The position numbers were made by a program, and so were the translations under genes. A stretch of 64,000 nucleotides of DNA from a virus. Location of the stretch: positions 1-64,000 of IMG/VR virus record IMGVR_UViG_3300025118_000005; one strand, given 5' to 3'. Positions 58,461 through 64,000 of this stretch are shown here, one piece after another; positions within the stretch are counted from its first letter, which is position 1; every line of letters starts with the position of its first letter. Below the pieces are notes generated by a model. The model did not search any database. It was given only the letters and a program-made list of their open reading frames with translations, and had not been told where the DNA came from.

Positions 58461-59951
58461 ATGTCAGATGTTAAAATCAATAGAGTAAACAGGAACTTTA
58501 CGATTAAAGTCCATTTATATTACGATGCTTCATCAAAAAATCGTGATTCTGACAGTAATCCTCGATTTTATTTAAAGCCCGTATCGTTATTAAATGTTGA
58601 AAAGGTAGCTTTCACAGATGACGGGGGGCGAAAAAATAATTATACTAAATATGGAAATAGATTTTGGAAGTGGAAGTCCGATGATACGCTATCTGACGCT
58701 CAGGTGGAAGCTATTTATAATAAAATTAAAGATAATTATCCATATGGACACATAGAAAATGATCTTGCCACAGAAAATAAATATATTCTTGACGTAAAGG
58801 AAAATAAAGCTTTTCAATCTTTTTATAAAACTTATTGGGAAAACCATGCAGATGAAATAAAACAACCGAAAACTGTTCACGAAGAACAAAAGGACTATCC
58901 TCATCCTTACATATCGTTTATTTCTAACGAAATTATAACTTATAAATATACAGTTGGAGACGTGCCTGTCGTCCCAATTCAAACAGATTTAGCATATGAT
59001 TATGTTTCTGGAATAAATAATTATTATGCTCAGCCGCAAGATTATTCTTGTAACAGTGATGAGATATCTGTTTCTGTAGTAGGGAGTGTCTCTGGAGTAA
59101 CAGGGTTTAACAATTATTTTGTGACTGAAGGCTTCTATGAATACCCACTTAAACTAAAAGCCAGCGGTAGACACAGATTTGATTTATGGAGCGGAGACGA
59201 TCATTACGGAGGAGCCACTTGGCCAACTGGTGTAGACGGTAATTACAGCGGCTTTAGATTTAGATTTAGCACTGGGCTTGAAGGGACTTTGGCAGGATTT
59301 AATGATTATACAGATGGGATTTCTTATCACGAGGGTCCTGAGATAGGAAATTATTATGTAAAAGTATTAACTAAAACTCCCGCTTCTACGCCCGGGGACG
59401 ATTACCACCCCTATATTGATACTGGTAGCTCGTTAGGGTATGCTTTGAGCGGAAGCGGGGGAACCGCTACGGGAGTTAACTCTGGAGCGTATTCCCTTGG
59501 TTACGATGAAGGCCCAGTGATAACACTAAGGAGAGAGTCTACATATTACTTTAATCAACAGAATGCCTCAAACGAGGGACACCCAATATATATTTCTACT
59601 GATCCGTCAGGGGCTGGTTCCGATGTATATACGAGCGGAGTCTCTCATTTTCCGCAGGACCGAAAGTACATAAGCGGGGGCCAATATTTTACGACTTTTG
59701 AGGTCCCTTATAATGCCCCTAATACTTTATATTATTCTTGCGAGAATCACACTTATATGGGGGGTAAGATAAATATTATTGATTCTCCCGCACCTACTGG
59801 TTCTGGTCGTATACCGGGAGAAAGCATCGTCCTTAATTCTACCGGTACGGGAGATTTTGTTTTACGATACTATTCTCCAGAAGGCTCTGGAATGGGGGGA
59901 TTAGCGCTAATGAAGAAGGACTGTGGAGCAAGTGCTATGTTCGGAACGTAA
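58461..59951 (+). CDS. putative virion protein with C-terminal cupredoxin-like domain
   Basis: L.R..TY.F.Q...N.GHP..IS...APNTLYYSCENH.YMGG.I motif common in phage virion proteins. Confidence 0.65.
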   Translation: MSDVKINRVNRNFTIKVHLYYDASSKNRDSDSNPRFYLKPVSLLNVEKVAFTDDGGRKNNYTKYGNRFWKWKSDDTLSDAQVEAIYNKIKDNYPYGHIENDLATENKYILDVKENKAFQSFYKTYWENHADEIKQPKTVHEEQKDYPHPYISFISNEIITYKYTVGDVPVVPIQTDLAYDYVSGINNYYAQPQDYSCNSDEISVSVVGSVSGVTGFNNYFVTEGFYEYPLKLKASGRHRFDLWSGDDHYGGATWPTGVDGNYSGFRFRFSTGLEGTLAGFNDYTDGISYHEGPEIGNYYVKVLTKTPASTPGDDYHPYIDTGSSLGYALSGSGGTATGVNSGAYSLGYDEGPVITLRRESTYYFNQQNASNEGHPIYISTDPSGAGSDVYTSGVSHFPQDRKYISGGQYFTTFEVPYNAPNTLYYSCENHTYMGGKINIIDSPAPTGSGRIPGESIVLNSTGTGDFVLRYYSPEGSGMGGLALMKKDCGASAMFGT

Positions 59952-59958
59952 CTTTAAT

Positions 59959-59987
59959 TTGACTTAAAGAGGAAATGGTATTATAAT
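59959..59987 (+). promoter_or_regulatory. sigma70-type promoter of the ribozyme locus
   Basis: TTGACT-N17-TATAAT. Confidence 0.85.
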
Positions 59988-60003
59988 ATAATAGATTTAA
60001 AAA

Positions 60004-60298
60004 TCGGCCTTATTGGGTGAATTCGGTGGAACTCTCTCGTAGACAATACCGAGCCAAGCTAGAGATGGTTTAAAGTTCTCTAGAAGGTGTAGAGACTAGA
60101 CGGTGAGAACCAAACGATAATCCGTCCACGAGCGCCCAACACCGTAAAGGTGAAGATATAGTCCGAACTACATGGCGACATGTAGAAGCCGTAATTAAAA
60201 AAGCGACGATAACAAATTGGACTACGCGATTAGTGCAGTGTACTAACCATGGGTTATGTACCTCATGGCATAAGTAAACTAAATTGTGTGTCGGCTGA
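60004..60298 (+). ncRNA. group I intron ribozyme with apparently circularly permuted topology
   Basis: P3 TTGGGTG/CGCCCAA; P4 TTCGGT/ACCGAG; P6; P7 GACTA/TAGTC; P7.1 GACGG/CCGTC; P8 CACC/GGTG; J8/7 GAAGATA; P9 CTACATG-GCGA-CATGTAG; terminal G 60220. P1 CAU/GUG and the P2 strand lie downstream. Confidence 0.85.
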
Positions 60299-60307
60299 GT
60301 CTTAATT

Positions 60308-60697
60308 ATGGCAGCGAAGAAAAAAGTAACGGAAAAGAGTACGGCAAAAAAAGTCGAGAACCTGACGCAAACTGACGGAATGGTGAAGGGGGAGACCTCT
60401 GTTCCGTCATCTTTAGATCAGGTTTGGGGGGACGATGGAACATCAAAATATAAAACTTTAAATCTTGACGTATATGAACGAGTACTTAGTAACATGTCAA
60501 AATCTGATTTAAAAGCGGAAGCTGTTAGAACAGGTTTATTGCCTATAGATAATATGGATCAATTAAGGATTAGGCTCATAAGAGAATTTAGGGCTCATGT
60601 CTCTTCCTATAAGAGGCCAACCGGCTTAAAAAGAGAGTCTGTTGATGATCCAAATTTAGATCCAGATGTTCGTAAAATTTTAAGCGAAGGCAAATAA
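60308..60697 (+). CDS. hypothetical protein
   Basis: 129 aa, starts 9 nt after the ribozyme. Confidence 0.7.
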   Translation: MAAKKKVTEKSTAKKVENLTQTDGMVKGETSVPSSLDQVWGDDGTSKYKTLNLDVYERVLSNMSKSDLKAEAVRTGLLPIDNMDQLRIRLIREFRAHVSSYKRPTGLKRESVDDPNLDPDVRKILSEGK

Positions 60698-60743
60698 ATT
60701 CCACTTAATATAAGTACTTCGAGTGTAGTATTAATAGAATACT

Positions 60744-61103
60744 ATGTCACTCGTTAATTACAATCTAGATGTTATTCAGGGATCGACCTTTGCTGCTCAA
60801 CTATTTACTCAAGACGCAAACGGCGTAGCAATTAATCTCTCTGGATATTTAGTAAGGGGCCACGTTAAATATAATTATGGTACGGGGGCCGCCTTATGCA
60901 ACTTAAACCCAGAGATTAATGAAGATTCTCCTTATACCTCTGAAAGCGGCGTCGTAGACGTATCTATTTCTGCCGCTGCCGCAGCGAGTTTGCCCGTTAC
61001 AGTCGGAGTATACGATATAGAAATGTATAAAGCGGACGAATCCGAGGTCAAAAAATTACTTGACGGAAGAGTTCGTATCCACCCAGAAGTTACTAATATT
61101 TAA
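60744..61103 (+). CDS. virion adaptor-like protein (Ig-like/BppU-like)
   Basis: L.VIQGSTF......D..G.AINLSGY...VYDIE......VKKLL.G.V.I.PEVT pattern of phage structural proteins. Confidence 0.6.
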   Translation: MSLVNYNLDVIQGSTFAAQLFTQDANGVAINLSGYLVRGHVKYNYGTGAALCNLNPEINEDSPYTSESGVVDVSISAAAAASLPVTVGVYDIEMYKADESEVKKLLDGRVRIHPEVTNI

Positions 61104-61108
61104 GGTTC

Positions 61109-62158
61109 ATGGCGCAAGACCCACAAAAAATTAAAGTGGTACTCTCTGGCGCTCAAAGCACCAGCGTCAAGCACCCTTCTAACTCTAATAAAGTAACCGT
61201 CGTCCAGCAAGAGCAGTCTTCTTCTGTCTCCAAGACGGCTAAGACAGATATAAATGTCGGGTTTATGGGCGTGCAGGGCCCAGCGGGTAATCAATTATTG
61301 GGGAAGGGGGCGGATGGATCGATACAATATAATCGTGATGGACTTGTGTCCGGTGCAAAAGGGTTCTTTTATCACCCTAAAGCGACCAACTTAAGCATAA
61401 CTAATAATGATCTTATCTTAGGCACAGGTAACGTTTTTGTTTTATCTGGTATACCTTCTGATTCGAACGCTTTTTTACTTAAAGATGCTAATAGAAATAT
61501 TCTTCGTGTGGATACAGACGAGAAAAGCATTGTCTTATCTGAAGATGGATCGAATGATTATTATGTAGGTTTAGGATTACAAGACCCGCAGGAAAGAGTT
61601 CACATAGGTGGTGGTAATTTAAGGGTAGACGGTGACATGCTTGTTAGCGGAAATCTTTTACCGTTAACTAGCGGAACATCCAGTTTAGGTTCTCAGGAGT
61701 ATCCGTTTAAGGATATATATTTACAGGGGAATAGTATTGTCTTTGTCGATTCAGAGTCCAAGATTACAGCTTCTTCAACCGGGTTTTCTTTTCAGGTAAT
61801 AACTGGAGGAGTAACGCGGACCTTATTTACGGCAACCGAAAAAAGCGTTGGCATATTTCAAGGTGACGGTTCGGCATTAACTGGCGTTCCTTATACCGGA
61901 CTACGAGACGCTGGGGCATATCTTAGTCTGGCGGTTCCAAGTGGAGCTTCGAGCGTAACTGTAAACTATGGAAAAACCTTAAATTATGACCCACAAATCA
62001 TTTGTTCATTAAATCCCCCAGCAAATAGTAATGAACAATATTTTACCTTTGTACAAGATATAGGGAGATCCGACTGTAAGGCCTTTTTTAGCGACAAAGT
62101 CAGTGGAGATGGCTTTATTTTAAACTGTCACGTCTCCCCCAGAAATCCAGCATATTAA
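61109..62158 (+). CDS. putative tail fibre-associated virion protein
   Basis: GVQGPAG, G.DGSIQYN, VGLG..DP.ERVHI, SLGS.EYPFKDIY motifs. Confidence 0.6.
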   Translation: MAQDPQKIKVVLSGAQSTSVKHPSNSNKVTVVQQEQSSSVSKTAKTDINVGFMGVQGPAGNQLLGKGADGSIQYNRDGLVSGAKGFFYHPKATNLSITNNDLILGTGNVFVLSGIPSDSNAFLLKDANRNILRVDTDEKSIVLSEDGSNDYYVGLGLQDPQERVHIGGGNLRVDGDMLVSGNLLPLTSGTSSLGSQEYPFKDIYLQGNSIVFVDSESKITASSTGFSFQVITGGVTRTLFTATEKSVGIFQGDGSALTGVPYTGLRDAGAYLSLAVPSGASSVTVNYGKTLNYDPQIICSLNPPANSNEQYFTFVQDIGRSDCKAFFSDKVSGDGFILNCHVSPRNPAY

Positions 62159-62213
62159 TTTGTGACATTTTATTTTTAGGGTGTATTAATAAGGAGGAGC
62201 TTTGTAAGATATT

Positions 62214-63941
62214 ATGCCAAAAACATTCAACGTAGAACAATTAAGGTTAAACGGTCAGTTACTTACCGGTAACTCGGCTGGTGAACTATTTTATGACGGA
62301 CAGCCACTCGCCAATGGCGATACCGCCGTCCCTCTCGGGAGACTAATTATAGCTGGTGATGCTTTAAAGCATGCCGATAAGGTTAGTGACTCGGAGGATT
62401 TATCCGCCCATCGTACGCTGCATGTGATGGTAGACGAGAGTACTATCGACATTAATGCTTCTGATAAACTAATGGTCCCTACCGGTGGCATTGGTTATCA
62501 ACAACTTCACGCTACTAGTATTGCCGGTGCAGGTCTTGCTGGTGGCCAAACTGCTCCGTTAAGCGTTGTTGGAGGGTCAGGTATCGTAGTAGCTAGCGAT
62601 GCTGTGAATATTCCGGAAACGGGCGTTACTGCAACTATGTTACTCGGGTCTATCCCTGATAGTAAGCTCAACAACATCGTCTCTGTGGGTAAAGTAGAAG
62701 GTAGCGCAATACAATTAAATGGCACTACCTTAGTCGACTTAGCTTCCAACGGCCTCGCGTTAAATACAAACTCTGTCGGCATAACCCATATCCAATCTGC
62801 CGTTGCCGGAACCGGCCTGCAGGGAGGTAATGGTTCAGCAATTAGAGTTGGTGCTGGTGCCGGTCTCGAAGTAGATTCTACAACGGTCGGTATTGTGGCC
62901 GGTGGGGTTACTTCCGATATGCTCGAAGGAAGTATAGCGGATAGCAAATTAGCCACTATTACTACGGCAGGAAAAGTTGACGGCGGCGCAGTACAATTAA
63001 ACGCTAATGGTTTAGAAGACGACGAAGGTTTAGGAATTAAGAATTCTGGTGTTGTCGGTACGATGATTCATCCAAATACGGCCGGAGCCGGTTTGGGTGG
63101 AGGAGGCGTTGCCGGAGCCCTCGTGGTGAATGCCGGTTCAGGTATCTTGGTTCAAGATGACGAAGTAAACATCGATGAATCGGGAGTTATTACCTCAATG
63201 ATCCGTGACGGAAATGTTACAAATGACAAACTCGGTACGAACCTTTCGATTGCCAAAACTGATTTGGCTGCGGGAGACGGTTTAAATTTAAATAGCAATA
63301 CTTTATCTGTTGATCTTGCTACCGCTCCGGGCCTTGAATTTGACGGAGGAGACTTAAGAGTAAATCAAGACGTAATCTTGGGCAAGTCTAGCGCAACTCA
63401 AACTCTTTCTGGTAATTATACTTTTTCTAATACCCTAGTTCTTTCATCCGGCATAACTGTTGCGGGCGATTTACAGGTTCAAGGGACTACTTTAGTTACC
63501 GAACAAAATCAAGTTAACATTGGTGACGACATCATCGTACTTAATGCTGACTATCCCGGCGACGATCCGCCCGATGCGGGTATCGAAATTGAACGGGGCA
63601 CACTAACTAATGCCAAGTTCCTTTTTGACGACACCGACCATTATTGGGTAGCGGGTATTGGCTCAGACAAACATCGGGTTGATACCAAAAAGTACTCCCG
63701 GTCTTATGGAGTGGAAATGACCAAAGACGCCACGCAACATAAGTTATCTTTCGGGCATACTTTCGAATCATTGCCTAATGTCGTTGTTTCCCTACAGCAT
63801 ACTGGCAAACATAACGTAACCAATCCTGACCTACTCGGAGCAATGGTTACAAAGGTATATACCACGGGCGTATGGGTTGACTTTACGAACGAACTTCCGC
63901 ATTCAGGATATTATCTCAATGCTTATGCTGCTGTAGCATAA
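62214..63941 (+). CDS. tail fibre-like protein
   Basis: Repeated AG.GL.GG....L.V..G.GI.V units; GDLQVQGTT, DDIIVLN, AGIEIERG; C-terminal F...F...P.VVV (H-type lectin-like) tip. Confidence 0.7.
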   Translation: MPKTFNVEQLRLNGQLLTGNSAGELFYDGQPLANGDTAVPLGRLIIAGDALKHADKVSDSEDLSAHRTLHVMVDESTIDINASDKLMVPTGGIGYQQLHATSIAGAGLAGGQTAPLSVVGGSGIVVASDAVNIPETGVTATMLLGSIPDSKLNNIVSVGKVEGSAIQLNGTTLVDLASNGLALNTNSVGITHIQSAVAGTGLQGGNGSAIRVGAGAGLEVDSTTVGIVAGGVTSDMLEGSIADSKLATITTAGKVDGGAVQLNANGLEDDEGLGIKNSGVVGTMIHPNTAGAGLGGGGVAGALVVNAGSGILVQDDEVNIDESGVITSMIRDGNVTNDKLGTNLSIAKTDLAAGDGLNLNSNTLSVDLATAPGLEFDGGDLRVNQDVILGKSSATQTLSGNYTFSNTLVLSSGITVAGDLQVQGTTLVTEQNQVNIGDDIIVLNADYPGDDPPDAGIEIERGTLTNAKFLFDDTDHYWVAGIGSDKHRVDTKKYSRSYGVEMTKDATQHKLSFGHTFESLPNVVVSLQHTGKHNVTNPDLLGAMVTKVYTTGVWVDFTNELPHSGYYLNAYAAVA

Positions 63942-63968
63942 AAGACTAGATAACAATATTCGACTCCT

Positions 63969-63998
63969 AAAAAGCCCCACCAAAATGGTGGGGTTTTT
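63969..63998 (+). terminator. Rho-independent terminator
   Basis: AAAAGCCCCACCA-AAA-TGGTGGGGTTTTT. Confidence 0.85.
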
Positions 63999-64000
63999 AT

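Noticed and set aside
60004-60020. Conventional group I intron with P1 = GCCT-TATT-GGGT and 5' splice site after T60010
   Set aside because: This P1 uses the same bases as P3 (60013-19) and leaves no P2, so it cannot coexist with the folded core. Disfavoured, not excluded: the ligated exons would also form a stem.
60221-60271. Rolling-circle translation of the 51-nt circle (one frame has no stop)
   Set aside because: A stop-free 17-codon frame is common by chance, it has no ATG or RBS, and the circle is very small.
26-62956. Numerous short antisense or alternate-frame ORFs inside long genes
   Set aside because: Shadow ORFs with no motifs or expression signals.
1-64000. Alternative genetic code (stop-codon reassignment)
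   Set aside because: Conserved genes are full length in the standard bacterial code and end in TAA, TAG or TGA.
1-64000. Specific host or phage family assignment
   Set aside because: TTGACA/TATAAT promoters argue against Bacteroidota, but nothing in the window identifies the host.

Overview
This is a 64-kb slice of a large tailed dsDNA phage (Caudoviricetes) genome, almost all on the + strand, in three parts. (1) 1-26.4 kb is an early/middle region: HhH DNA glycosylase, ATP-dependent ligase, rIIA/rIIB, a RuvB-like ATPase, DUF932, GP88-like, an SleB-like hydrolase and many small genes. It carries a dense set of sigma70-type promoters, many leaderless, decorated with repeated motifs (DnaA boxes at a fixed distance, GGGACCGGTCCC palindromes, Fur-box-like 7-1-7 repeats, a CGGA spacer box). 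It also holds several unannotated structured RNAs and an ArfA-like mini-gene, and ends in G/C-run palindromes that may mark a genome end. (2) 26.5-38.3 kb is a sugar-nucleotide/glycosylation cluster (RmlA, RmlB, RmlD-like, NeuB, NeuA, a CstII/Maf-like transferase, GT2, methyl-, pyruvyl- and sulfotransferases, PhyH) plus PhoH and ClpP. (3) 38.6-64 kb is the late/morphogenesis block (sigma factor, ERCC4 nuclease, terminase, portal, protease/scaffold, decoration protein, major capsid, tail/fibre-like genes) with a GTGTA late-promoter motif. The most striking element is at ~59,990-60,300: a promoter-driven group I intron core with no room for P1 at its 5' end, whose P1/IGS and the other P2 strand appear downstream of the terminal G. 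It looks like a natural circularly permuted group I intron predicted to release a 51-nt circular RNA. All family assignments come from motifs recognised by eye; no searches were run.
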